64,000 bases of DNA from Lobosporangium transversale. Its lineage: Eukaryota. The DNA lies in NCBI RefSeq assembly GCF_002105155.1, contig NW_019028995.1:186001-250000 (forward strand). The letters run 5' to 3'. Of the stretch, positions 52,391 to 64,000 are shown piece by piece (position 1 is the stretch's first letter; each line of letters opens with the position of its first letter). A program made the translations under genes and the position numbers. The notes beneath the pieces are model-generated. The model had not been told where the DNA came from, did no database searches, and saw only the letters and a list, made by a program, of their open reading frames with translations.

Positions 52391-53460
52391 TTTTTCTCTG
52401 CTCTGCTCTCTCTTTCTCTCATCTCCATCATGTATACCCAGTGGTAAGGATTTTTTTTTTAAAAAACACGGCCAATCCTCATCTCAGAGGGGATATCATT
52501 ACTATTATGCTTATTATATTTGTAATATCTTCGGGGGCTCTTTTTTTTTTTTAATTGATCTTGTTGAGCTGGAGCAGAAATACACTACGTTTTATTATGG
52601 ACAGGCAATAAGATGCTACCTTACCATATTTGCTGTATGACCATCAGACTGAAGAGTTAGAAAGGAGGGGGGGTTTTTTTTTTATCGATGGGCGTTCAAT
52701 AGGTTTATGATTGTGTGCTCAATATGAGGTATATGTCATGGATGGACTAGGACGACTATTTCTTCTCTTTCCCTCCACCCCTGTTTGGCTCTTAACCCTC
52801 ACTCGACCCTTGCATAGGACTCCTCTTTCTCTTTGGTGAGCCTTTACTTGTTACTGCATTCTTCAAACTATTCAATAAATGACTCCTCGAGCCTTATTTC
52901 CGTCAATGGATCAACTCTCCGACACCATGTTACTGTAGAAGCACTTATGAGAGTGAGAGTGAGAGTGTGAGAGCGACATAAAAGCGAATTATCCTTTTAC
53001 ATCCTTTTCCAACATACAGACTTCAAGGATCAAACAAACAATCAAAAACGAGATGTGATTTCCTTTTTATAAAAAAAACTCCTATTGTGTTTGATTAATT
53101 TCATCGATGGATTGTTTGTTTGTTGTTGTTCGTTTGTCTGTGTTTTTGTTTGTAAAACTCTACCTGTCCCTGAACACTCTTAAATGAGGTGATGTTATTT
53201 TAGTCCTAATATAAAAGGGCTCCGAATGTGTCCGTTCGCACTACGCGTTGTCTCTTTCTTGCTTTCTTTCATTCTTCCTTGTTAATGTCTGTCTATCTGT
53301 TTGTAAATGAATCCAAACAAGCTTCCATTTCAATATCCGTTGTGAACGATACCAAATTAACAAAAGAAACCTATCATCTTATTCTTTCTCATAGTCATCT
53401 TTGTCTGTCCCAATTGCTTCCTCAACAACATCGTCCACATCTACACCCACATCCACCATC

Positions 53461-55764
53461 ATGCCATCTCATAGCCTCTGCTCAGCCTCGGGCGAGCCGC
53501 ATCAACCCTCATATTCTATGCCTTCCACACCTTTGTCACCTCCTCTACACTTGCCACGGCCAGCCCACGACATCAAGAAGATTCGTAATACCAAACAACT
53601 GTCTCTGAAAGTTTCATCATCGAGCCATACTATCGCCGCCAGTAATTGTAGCAATAGCAACAGTGCTAGCAACCTTGACACCACAGTAGTCAAAAAGAAC
53701 AACGGTATTAGCCTTTCTATGGTCCCACCAACACCATCCTCGTCTTTTTCAACTCGCAGACCCTTCACACCCGCCCCATTATTGTCCGCTTCCCTAACTA
53801 CACCTTCCACAACAGCCTCTTCCCCTAAATTGTCAAGCATCCCAGCACCGACTTCAAAACGGCATAGTCAGCTGCTTCTTGACGATGCTCTCCCAGCCCC
53901 ACGGCTGCCACTGCCAGCCACCAGCAACCATCGGTCGATTTCAGCCTACTTCTCAGACTATAGCCTAGAATGTGGCGCTGCCTCACCATACACTACAGAA
54001 CCTGTCTGTGTACTCCCCAATCTCTATCTAGGAGCGGAACATAACGCTACTGATACCAAGACACTTCGGAGACTGGGCATTACGTTTGTACTGAACGTGG
54101 CTATCGAAATCGCACGAGAGGATTCTTCATCGGCCTACTCAGTCACGACTGAGGAAGCAACCGTCCGTGGTGGTATTACTTATAGGAGTCTCTCCTGGAG
54201 TCATCACCAAAAAAACCTTCTCAATGACTTTCCAAAGGCATTTGAACTGATTGATGAATCTCTAGCCTGCAACAATGGTCAAGGCAAGGCATTGGTGCAC
54301 TGTCAATTGGGGGTATCACGGTCAGCCAGCCTCGTGATTGCTTATGTCATGCGATCCCTGAACATGGGACTCACTGAGGCATACGACTTTGTGAAGCAAC
54401 GCTCAGGTGTCATCTCACCCAACATGAGTCTGATGTATCAACTTGCAGAATATGAGAAAAGACTAAAGAACCCAAGCAGCACTACATCTGCTTTGGATTC
54501 CACATCAGATACAGCCTCTGTTCGGAGTAGGAACTCGTGGAGCTCTCAGTTGGATGATGATGAACCACCCTATCCGTTTTCTGCCGCTTTCTCTGCCTCC
54601 AATGCTACCGGAGTATCCTTAAGTTCACTTCCACCACCGTCGGATGTATCATTGACTGCATCACATATGCCAAACCCCTGGGTAGCTATGACTGACTCCA
54701 GTTTGCCTCCTGCAACACCTATGAGGCAAGAGTTTTGTAAACGCCCACTGACACCTGACAATGGAAGTGATGATCATCCGAACACAAAGCCCTTTCAAGG
54801 TCCGAGCAGACTGGGACAACCGAAGCCACTCTCACCACGTCGAGGTCATTTGGGTCTGACCCAAGTCTCTTGGATGATGGATCATTCCCGGCCACGGTAT
54901 CAGAGTTCGCCTCTTACGACCTCCATGACCTCAGAAACTGTCGGCTTTGCTGCAGAAGAGGACGAGGATGAGGAGACTATGATGTTGCCCAAGACGCCAA
55001 CTGCTGAGAATTTCACAACACATAGCTTGGAAGCGACGCTCTCTTGCGATGTTGAGATGGTACCGCCGACACCATTGTTTCAGTCATCTTTTATGGTACC
55101 ATCACTCTCGTGCTCCTCGACGTGCTCGTCTGCATCCTCGGTTTTGTCTTTTGAGGCATGCCCACGACACTCGATCTCATCCACATCTTCATCCACAGCA
55201 ACGTACTTTACTGCTTGCGATGATGAGGATGTACTTTCAGATGATCATGACGGTGATAGGGTGCATTCGCCAAGGAATTCTGGAACGTGGTCATTTTTGC
55301 CAATCTTGTCCATGTCTTCCTCACAAGACACTGCGGTTGTGAACCATGACGATCAACATGACCACCACCACGTGCGTCAGCAGCAAGACCAAGAGCGATT
55401 GATAATGGCAGAACCGAAGAGGAAAAGGAGGATGCATGCTCTTTGGTCTGGGCTGAAAGCCCTACATACCGTGACGGAGACAGCGTCTACCTCCTGCTCC
55501 TCTTCTTCTTCATCATCCCGGATAACTTGCTTGGACATGCGCAGAAACGCTGATGCATCACCTACACCGGCCTCACCGATCTCTCCTCCAATCTCAACTG
55601 ATGTAGCTGTAAACACTGCTACTTCTACTGCTTCTACTCTGACTATCACTCCATCCAAATCCAAAACTAAGGGGGCGGACATTATTTTTTCTCCAAGACC
55701 CTATACACCTGCACGCCATGGAACAAGGTCACTTGGTGAATTTTATCAAGCCCTCTTTGCATAG
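53461..55764 (+). CDS. Dual-specificity (MAPK) phosphatase, Pmp1/Msg5-like
   Basis: PVCVLPNLYLG, VLNVA, catalytic VHCQLGVSRSASLVIAYVM, ISPNMSLMYQL; long Ser-rich flanks. First ATG in the ORF is at 53461; upstream exons are possible. Confidence 0.88.
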   Translation: MPSHSLCSASGEPHQPSYSMPSTPLSPPLHLPRPAHDIKKIRNTKQLSLKVSSSSHTIAASNCSNSNSASNLDTTVVKKNNGISLSMVPPTPSSSFSTRRPFTPAPLLSASLTTPSTTASSPKLSSIPAPTSKRHSQLLLDDALPAPRLPLPATSNHRSISAYFSDYSLECGAASPYTTEPVCVLPNLYLGAEHNATDTKTLRRLGITFVLNVAIEIAREDSSSAYSVTTEEATVRGGITYRSLSWSHHQKNLLNDFPKAFELIDESLACNNGQGKALVHCQLGVSRSASLVIAYVMRSLNMGLTEAYDFVKQRSGVISPNMSLMYQLAEYEKRLKNPSSTTSALDSTSDTASVRSRNSWSSQLDDDEPPYPFSAAFSASNATGVSLSSLPPPSDVSLTASHMPNPWVAMTDSSLPPATPMRQEFCKRPLTPDNGSDDHPNTKPFQGPSRLGQPKPLSPRRGHLGLTQVSWMMDHSRPRYQSSPLTTSMTSETVGFAAEEDEDEETMMLPKTPTAENFTTHSLEATLSCDVEMVPPTPLFQSSFMVPSLSCSSTCSSASSVLSFEACPRHSISSTSSSTATYFTACDDEDVLSDDHDGDRVHSPRNSGTWSFLPILSMSSSQDTAVVNHDDQHDHHHVRQQQDQERLIMAEPKRKRRMHALWSGLKALHTVTETASTSCSSSSSSSRITCLDMRRNADASPTPASPISPPISTDVAVNTATSTASTLTITPSKSKTKGADIIFSPRPYTPARHGTRSLGEFYQALFA

Positions 55765-56622
55765 AGGAGGTAGCGAGGGTAGGAAACACACTGCTTGCTA
55801 CATGCAAAAGGTCTTTTAATGAACAAAGCCATTTATTTCTACTCTTCCCTCCTTCCCCTTAAGCATTTATTATCTATCCATTAATAGCGCCAACAACACA
55901 CATACAAACCATTTAATTAGCAGAAGCCTCTTAAATATTGGCAACTGAGATGTACATAAGATTTAGCTTTTTTTTTTTTTCTTTTTTTTTTCTTATCATG
56001 AAGTGAATGAAATGAAATGACATGCCCTTGAGAAACACGAATAAACTATCTATTATCATATTGTAACAATACTCAAATACATAACGATCAATAGCAACTA
56101 TTTTTTTTTTTTTTATTCGCAAGATTGAGTGTGGACTGGGCTAGAACGCGTTACACGCTTGGGCTGATTTCATAAAAGTCTGTTATTACAAACTGCACGT
56201 TCTTTTTGTACATGGTCAAAAAAAAAAAAAAAAAAAAATCACTACACAACACAAGTATTTCTGTTGGCTTTTTTTTTATTGATTTATTTACTCGATATCA
56301 GGGATTCGGGAGGAGAAGAAAAAGAGTTTGTTTTTTTTTTTTTTTTTTTTTTTTTTGCTATATACAAACGACTTGAAGAGAGCAATAAACAGAAGGCAGT
56401 GGTATATGAAGGAGAAAAAAAAAAAAAAAAAAAAAAAAAAGGTGGGGAAAATGTCAAATTTCTTTTTTTTTTTTTGAGGTTTTGGTATATGTAAAAACTG
56501 TACTATTCTATATACAAAAGTAGAGAGAGAGAGGACGGAGGAGAGGGGGAAAGAATATAAAATTTGAGAACAAAGTGGTGGTAATGAATAAATATTCAAG
56601 TTTTTTTTTTTTTTTTTTTTTT

Positions 56623-58221
56623 TTAAACATGTTGATAGTTATTGTTGGAGGGCAAGAAAGAGTCGCTCATATCATCCTCATCATCTTCATCGTTACTGCT
56701 CAACATCATGCCTCCCATAAGGTTATTGTTGTTGTTGTTCATAATCATAATTCCGTTGCTGCTGCTGCTGCTGATATTTCCGTTTCCATTTCCAGTCATA
56801 TCAGTTACATTGACTGCAAACTCGTTGCTAGTGATAGAGAAGGGCACCAATGGTGGGAAAGTGGGCATTGAAAGACCATTCTGGCTGGCAAAGCTCTCGA
56901 TAATCTGGAGTCTTCGTCGGACTTCCTGGTTCTCGAGGTGAATGGCCTCCATCATCTCGCGGGTGCGGTCAATCTCATTCACCTTCTGTTCCAGCTCCTT
57001 GATGTAGGCCTTGCGTCGGTTGCGGAACGTTCTCTGGGCCGCGCGGTTCTGAGCGGCGCGACGTGGGTGAGTCACATTACCGGTGTGGCTGGGTGCGCGG
57101 GTGGTGGTTTCGTTAGTAGCACTAGTGGTAGTGGTGATGGTGGCATTAGTCTCTGGCTGTTCAGAGGATTCGCGAGAATCAGCAATCTTTTTAGCAATCT
57201 TCTTGGGAGAGTGGGCTTTGGTCTCTGATTCGATCATGTCGGGGTTGAAGGAGGGAGAGGAAGAAAGAGTGGATGACTTTGTAACTTTGGTTGAGCGGGT
57301 GGTCTTGACTTTATCCAGGCGAGAGCTGGTCGAGGGCCTACCCGCCAAGTTGGCTGTCGCCGCGGAAGTTTTCTTCATCGTCACAAATGCAGTGGCGTCT
57401 TCAGAGGAGATGGCGCTGCTGTTGACGACGGCAGCTGCAGCGTCGACCGAGTGTTGCGGCGAGGGTTGACGCTCGAGCTTACGCTTGGGTGCTGCAGGGT
57501 GTGCAGAAGGAGTATATGTGTTTTGACGTGAGAAGGAGTCGTCATGTGCAAGGGTAGAAGGGTTGAAGAAGGGTGAGGAAGTGGTGATGGCAGAGGGTGC
57601 AAAGAGAGAAGAGCTAGAGGTGTCGGCAGAGATGATAGAGGACATCATTGAAGATGTGGCTGGAATGGCCATGCTGGTAGTTGTGGAATGGCTGGTCTCA
57701 TACAACATCTGCTGCTGCAACTGTTGCATCCTCAATTGCTCGTGATGCTTCTGTTGTTGGCGTTGGTGGCGCTGGCGTTGTTGTTGAAAGAGAGTCGTAT
57801 CTGCATAATGCATCGTTTGAGAGCGCTGTGAAGGAAGAATATGTTGGTCCTGCTGTACCGAGGACGATGATGGAGATGAGAGATCGAATGTGTTTGGGAA
57901 TAATTGGAGATAGTCCATGTTGGGTTGCTGTGGAATCTCTTCTGTCTTGATGATGGCATAGGGTGGCGAAGAAGGAGCGCTATGAGAAACGATAGAAGAT
58001 ACAGGGTATTGCTGGAGCTGATGCTGGCGCTGGTTCTGGTGCTGCTGTTGAGGGAATGAAGGGGCCATGACGTAGCCTTGGACAGGGGATGTTGATGCGG
58101 AGGCGATGTAGTTCTCGACTTGATCAGAGTTGATGAGCTTGGTCATGTTGTCGTCGAGCATCGAGGGCTGCATGTGGAAGAAATCGTTGTTGTTCTGGTA
58201 CACCATAACACTCTGTAGCAT
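56623..58221 (-). CDS. bZIP transcription factor (Yap/AP-1-like basic region)
   Basis: RRAAQNRAAQRTFRNRRKAYIKELEQKV plus zipper; Q/S-rich N-terminus; first ATG at 58221. Confidence 0.85.
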   Translation of the reverse strand: MLQSVMVYQNNNDFFHMQPSMLDDNMTKLINSDQVENYIASASTSPVQGYVMAPSFPQQQHQNQRQHQLQQYPVSSIVSHSAPSSPPYAIIKTEEIPQQPNMDYLQLFPNTFDLSSPSSSSVQQDQHILPSQRSQTMHYADTTLFQQQRQRHQRQQQKHHEQLRMQQLQQQMLYETSHSTTTSMAIPATSSMMSSIISADTSSSSLFAPSAITTSSPFFNPSTLAHDDSFSRQNTYTPSAHPAAPKRKLERQPSPQHSVDAAAAVVNSSAISSEDATAFVTMKKTSAATANLAGRPSTSSRLDKVKTTRSTKVTKSSTLSSSPSFNPDMIESETKAHSPKKIAKKIADSRESSEQPETNATITTTTSATNETTTRAPSHTGNVTHPRRAAQNRAAQRTFRNRRKAYIKELEQKVNEIDRTREMMEAIHLENQEVRRRLQIIESFASQNGLSMPTFPPLVPFSITSNEFAVNVTDMTGNGNGNISSSSSNGIMIMNNNNNNLMGGMMLSSNDEDDEDDMSDSFLPSNNNYQHV

Positions 58222-59852
58222 GACTTTGTGCTTCTTATCCAGACTGTGGTACAATAAAAGGGGTATAATAGACGAAGAGTTTAAGACCTAATGCGTTATG
58301 TTGCTAATAATCATGTATTCAAAAGAGGAAAGGTGAAGTTGAGTGAGTTGAAGTGAATGGCTGAGTAAGACATTGGCCCGAAAAAGGAAAATCAGGCACA
58401 GCTCGGGAAGAAGTGACTTCAAATTAGACGGTGGCAGAGTCTTCCATCTGTACCTTGTATCTTGAAACAAATAGATCACAAAAAAAAAAAAAAAAAAAAA
58501 AAGTTTGAAGCGCGGTAGAGTAATGGGAGGTGCAAGAGAGAGAGAGCGGAAGAGAATAAGGAGTGGATGGATTTCAATGTTGGATGTAGAGTTGGTTTGA
58601 ATGTATTTTGCTTGGCTGCACTAGTAAGCTGTAGTTTGTTAGTTAGTTAGTAAAAAAGTTGTTGTTGTTGTAGAAAGAAATGCTGAAGAGAAATAAAAAA
58701 ATGTGGGCACATCCTGAGTTTATATATAAAAATTTTCTGTACAAGATGAATATACTTTCAAACTCACTGGATTGTTTATTTGTTTATTTGTTTATTTTTT
58801 TATTTTTTTTTTAGAAGCAAACCACTATGTCAGAATGCATTTGTTTCAATTACTTATTCAAAAATTGTATTATTAAGGATATATTACTAACATATTTTTA
58901 AAGGAGACACAATGACTTGTCAATATTATAAATTCCTCTGATTCAATAACATTTCTATTCAAATGCATCCCTATTCACTCCTATTCATTCCGGGACAGGA
59001 TCATGGTCAAAGTAAAAAAATAAATTCCCCTCTTGTGTGCAACAGCAGGGTGTGCAAACCAAAACTGCGAAAACATTGATCTCCTCCCTTGCGTGGCTGA
59101 TTAAACCACAAGGCCATTCGTTTTGCACCTTGCATATGTTGCTCGCTGGTTGGTTGTCGTTACCAAAGTAGCTGTGTTTCTGTTATTACGGTAATGGAGA
59201 TTAAAAAAAAGGGACTATCATCTCGATCGGATGCACTCTCCTTCTCTCAAGCCCTTCCGCGCTTATGTAGTTTTGGTCAATCCGTGTACTTTTTTTTTTA
59301 GTCTGTTCTGTCAACGTCCGTTCATCCCAACGTTTCACTGGTTCCCTTTTTTTTTGTACAACAATCCGTCTGGACTATGCCATAAAAAGGAGATTAGTGG
59401 CAGTAGCTTCCTTTCTTGGCATTCACACCAGTGTCACCTCATCCGCTTATAGCTATTGCTATTAGCACTACAAGATCATGCGAATGATCGGAAACAATTT
59501 TATTTCTTTTCCTTGTTGTATGCTAGTCTATCCCTATCCTTATGAGTCGCGAATGTACGAGTATTTTGGCTCGATTTATCATTACAGCTAGCTACTTCAT
59601 TCTTTTTGTCATGGGACACATGAATTAAGCATAATTAAAAAAAATAAAGCCAAGAGATGTCATTATTATTCATCTAGAAATTACTATTCTGCAGGATAAA
59701 AAAAATAACATTCCATCTGATGCATAGACTGTGCCTCATTCACAGGTTCAATTTCTAATCTCCAATAATCCGAAAATGATCAGTTGATGATGACTTGGCC
59801 ACAAAAAATAGCATTGGATATTAATAATAATAATTTACCGCCGAGCGGGAAG

Positions 59853-59885
<33 letters not shown>

Positions 59886-60388
59886 AGGCGGGTCACAACA
59901 ACAGAAGCATTCTTCGTTGGCATCTCAAGCACCAATCATGTGCAGGCGACATGTGTGATAAAGGAAGATTAATGCCTTTTTCCTTCCCCTAGGAAACCTT
60001 GGTTCATTTCAAGCATGCAGATCATGCTTCATTTCTCTTTCGTTGGTCCATTTACTTTCGAAGTTTGTCCCTGATCCACAAAAAACGATACGTCCACACG
60101 AAGGCTTTAGAAAGTCCCAGAAATTAAGGAATCATGGGGACAGAAAAGGAAAGGAAAAAGAAATTGAGGTGCCCAGATCATTATGAAAAGAACGAATGAA
60201 AAGGAAGCGGAAAGAACTCGGCAGCATGATTAGGGGAATGGTCATGAAAAAAAAAAAAAAAAAAAAAAAAAAATGAATGAGACCCACAAGGGGAAAGAAG
60301 AAGACGCGTAACGTCTTTTCATTTAAACAAAAACAAACATGATTAATGGAATGGCAAAGAAACTCCATGCATTCTTTATCTAAATTCA

Positions 60389-60419
<31 letters not shown>

Positions 60420-63400
60420 GATTCCTCTACTAGATCCATAGCTGCATCACGCCTTATCAACATGTTTTTCATTCGTTTTTATTCACAATACGAAAGTTAT
60501 TTGATCTGTTGCTGCATCTAGAATAGAGCATGGCTATGAGGAAAGATAATGCATATGATAGTCATACATACAGCATTCAGAGGAAAGGAGAAAGGGAAAG
60601 TGAGGACGGTTAAAGCTGAGCATATCTTGTTCCTTGATTAGCTTAAAAAAAAAGGTTGGCAGATAGGCAAATCCATAGGAGACCCTTCGTATGATCAGCA
60701 CATTGGTTTTCTAGCTTATCACATGGAATACATCCTGCATCTCCCTTGAGAGGGGCATGATGGATCCATGTGAGTTATGAAGATGGGAAAATCGATCAAG
60801 TAATCTATAAGGAAAAAAGATCGGTATGCGTGTGATCGGAAGATACAGGGTGTCCACGAGAGTATCAATGGTTCTTTTTTTCTGTGTATAAATGAGTATG
60901 CATGTACCGTATCACATTGGACGGAAATGTCTAGAGAAAAATGTCTGTGGATCCAATCATAAGGACCAGATATTCTGTGCCACAAAGAAGGGTGCAACAA
61001 TACCACAGTTCCGCGGGAGAAGATTGGCGCACTGATCAAGGTAAAAGGAAGTAATCGTGTCAGGAATGTTTACAGATCTATCACACATTGGCCCTTTTTT
61101 TTTTTTTTTTTTACACGTCCATATTAGTCCATTCATACAAAGTGTGTAAATAATCTGTTTGCTTCTTTTTTGTGTTACCTTCAAATCGGCTTTGTTATGA
61201 TCCTACAGCACAAAAAAGGAGTTAAACACTGATCAGGAGCACTAAGGAAAATTTTTTTTTACTGATGCACTGATGTTAATTGAATGTCCGACAGGAGAAT
61301 TTGGTTAGTATACAATTTCCTGGTCCACATATTGCATAGAGGGTCACAGCCCCCCTATGAAGAATACATTTGCATACGTACTAGCCACATCCGCCCCAAT
61401 TTCCGTACTTTCAGAGTTTTGGACTTTCGGTCTAACACTGCTCTCAGCCATGCATTGAACAGATGACTAGTCGATCTTTAACTATATATAATTATATAAC
61501 TATTTATATTAAATATGTATAATGCCGTGTGCGTTATCTAAATTCGGGGTTCTTTCTCCCATACTAAAGTAACCATGTAGAAGCATTCCTTTGTTAGATC
61601 TTGAATACTTCTCCTTGGTCAAAGTAAAAAAGAAAAGAAAACGTCAACAACATTGTATACAGCTTGATCCAATTGAAAGTAATATTATATACTGCTCATA
61701 ACTTCTTGCCCTTATCTTTCCATCTCTATCATGTAAGGTCTCTCCCTCTCCTATTTGCTTCTTCTTTGGTCGTACAGTATGCCATAGCACTTGATGTTAT
61801 CTCGACTGTACATATATACCTGAAGGTGAGACGAGGTTAGGAGAGAGGAAGGAGAAAAGAGAAAGGGAAGAGCAGTTTACATTAGGCTTTCCATCCCCTG
61901 GTCTAACATTCATGTGTGGAGTTTTCCTCAATTGCTCAATTGCTTCTGTTTTGGTTACACTCATATGAACATGGATTGAATCTCACAGACAAAGCTGAGC
62001 TCAAACAACAAAAAAAAATCCTTGCCTTTTTTTTTTTTTTTTTTTTTTTTTTCATTCTCAGCTAGTGTCTTTTGATGCGTCACAGGCGTCAATGCATTCC
62101 CGCTTTGTTTATTTGATTTTTGGTTTAAAAATAAGTTGAGCGGGCATTTCGGCCACGCGTCAGTGCCTTAAATTTTTTTTTTTTTGGAATTCTGGACTGG
62201 TCTGAACTTTAAACTTTACTTTGAATTGAATCTGTTATTCTATTTTATTTATATGCCTTGTCACACTTGCTGCATGACGCATGCTAGTCGGGGATCTAAT
62301 CTGGGCATTGCATCAAACACGTACTTTTTATTTTTGTTTATGATGGATCCGGGTTAAAAAAAAAAAAAAAAAAAAGTGTGCAGTTAATGACCGGCTTCTG
62401 GTGTCAATCTTTATCTCTCTGTCTTTTTTTCTCTTTCCCTCCCTGCACTATCTCATTCCTCAGCAGCTCTTGGATTTCTCTTAAATACACTTCCTTAACT
62501 CTCCCTCTCCCTCTTCCATAGCTAATCTTCAAAAAAAGGAAGGGAAGGTAAAGGGATTCATGGCATCGCATTTAACTTTGACATGTATTTTTACTCATTC
62601 TTTCGTTACAGTAAAAAAAAAAAAAAACTCGGGACTACTTGGGGATGAACAGCAAGCTTGGTTAGATAATGTTTAGATAAACATAGCTTTAAAAAAAAAC
62701 GTTAAGAACTTTAGGGGATATGCAGTCGAGAATGGATACTTTTTTTTTCTGCGTCATAGTGCTGCAAGTATGTGCAGGTTATGCAGCATGCAATGCAGTC
62801 TTCTGCGATTGCAATGTTATATAATAAAGATATCCTCACAATGTGGATCCGCTCATGACGTCAAATTAGCCTTTTAAACTTGGTATACTGTAATCTGACT
62901 GTAGATCCAGGGATTAATGTTCCCATAGGGGGGTTGTATATCATGTATGCATGCTTTTTAGGTAACAGGATCTTTATATGTATGTGTAAAGGAGCTTGAT
63001 AAAGTGACATAATAGAGGGAGAGAAAGAGAGATAGCAGTAATGCAAAATAATGGTATGTCTATTTCAATCCAATCTATTTGTGCCGAGTATCAACTGAAG
63101 AAGGAAAGGCTAATAAGCATTTGATGATATTATATCCTAATCTTACTGACAGAAAAAAAAAAGAGCTACTGCTATCATTGATGAGGAGCTGCATGATCCA
63201 AAGAAGAGCAATGCTCCTTCGTCCTCTCTCAAGGTGAGAGGGCAGGAAGAGGAGCCTAGCCCTCTCGTTGTTTATATTTTAGGAGTAACTTGAATCCATG
63301 GTAAGAACCAGAATAAGAGCCACCATCTCTTCATAAACCCTGATACTCTTGGTTATAGAGTTGATTGATCTTCGCAAGCCGTAACGACAATCACTCAAAC

Positions 63401-63497
63401 CAACGCTTTGGATCATAAACAAAAGCAGGCTCAGCAAAAAGGAAAAAAAAAGAAAGAGTTTCCCTGTGATTTGGTATAACAATCATTTAGTGCACGC

Positions 63498-63545
63498 GCC
63501 ACATGCCACATGCCACATGCCACATACCACATGCCACATACCACA
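63498..63545 (+). repeat. 7-bp tandem repeat (RCCACAT) x~7
   Basis: GCCACAT/ACCACAT units. Confidence 0.85.
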
Positions 63546-64000
63546 GTGGCACGAGTTTCATTCGAATGCAAAGTTTGCACATATAACAGTGTTTGTAACA
63601 ACTTGTGCACATTCCACACAGGTGAGACAAGAGCAAAGGAGAAAGTTCAGTGAAAGGTGAGATAAGCAAAGTAAAAAGTATTCTGGTGTACAGTTGAAAT
63701 ATATATGTGATTGTTGGTCTTTTGGACTTGTGGTGTTGCATCGCCTCCCTCAAAGCCATAAGCGTATAAACAATGAAAAAGTATAAAATCCCACTTTTTT
63801 TTTTTTTTTCCTCTTGTTTTACCTTGGTGCAAGGACCTGAAAGAGGTTTTTTTTATTTCTTTATTTTTTATTTTATTTTATTTTTTTTTACAGAACAATT
63901 ATGTGCTAAACATTCTGCTTCCTTCTCTATACATACCTTCCTTCTTACGTCTTAAACATTACTGTTGGCAAAAATGATTTTTAGCTCTTTTTTTTTGTGC

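Overview
Intron-rich, AT-rich fungal genomic DNA; intron style, long poly-A/T runs and gene families suggest an early-diverging fungus such as Mortierellomycotina/Mucoromycota (inference). The first 11 kb is a mobile-element cluster around a tRNA-Ala(CGC) gene. Upstream of the tRNA lie stacked, same-orientation non-LTR retroelement fragments, one interrupted by a 626-bp SINE-like insert with an 18-bp target-site duplication. Downstream lies an apparently intact 6,980-bp IS630-Tc1-mariner DNA transposon with 1,350-bp TIRs, a DD88E (Sailor-type) transposase and a spliced 458-aa PD-(D/E)xK nuclease-like cargo gene; a 185-bp MITE with the same termini sits at 50.6 kb. Ordinary genes: MscS-like channel, HAD-IIA hydrolase, PDI, Cbf1-like bHLH, CCT-alpha, a hypothetical protein, a dual-specificity phosphatase and a bZIP factor. 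The 25.5-43.1 kb block is built from palindromes: three secreted type-B carboxylesterases in alternating orientation and a near-identical inverted pair of heme-less sulfite oxidase genes. All protein calls are from motifs read by eye; no searches were run.
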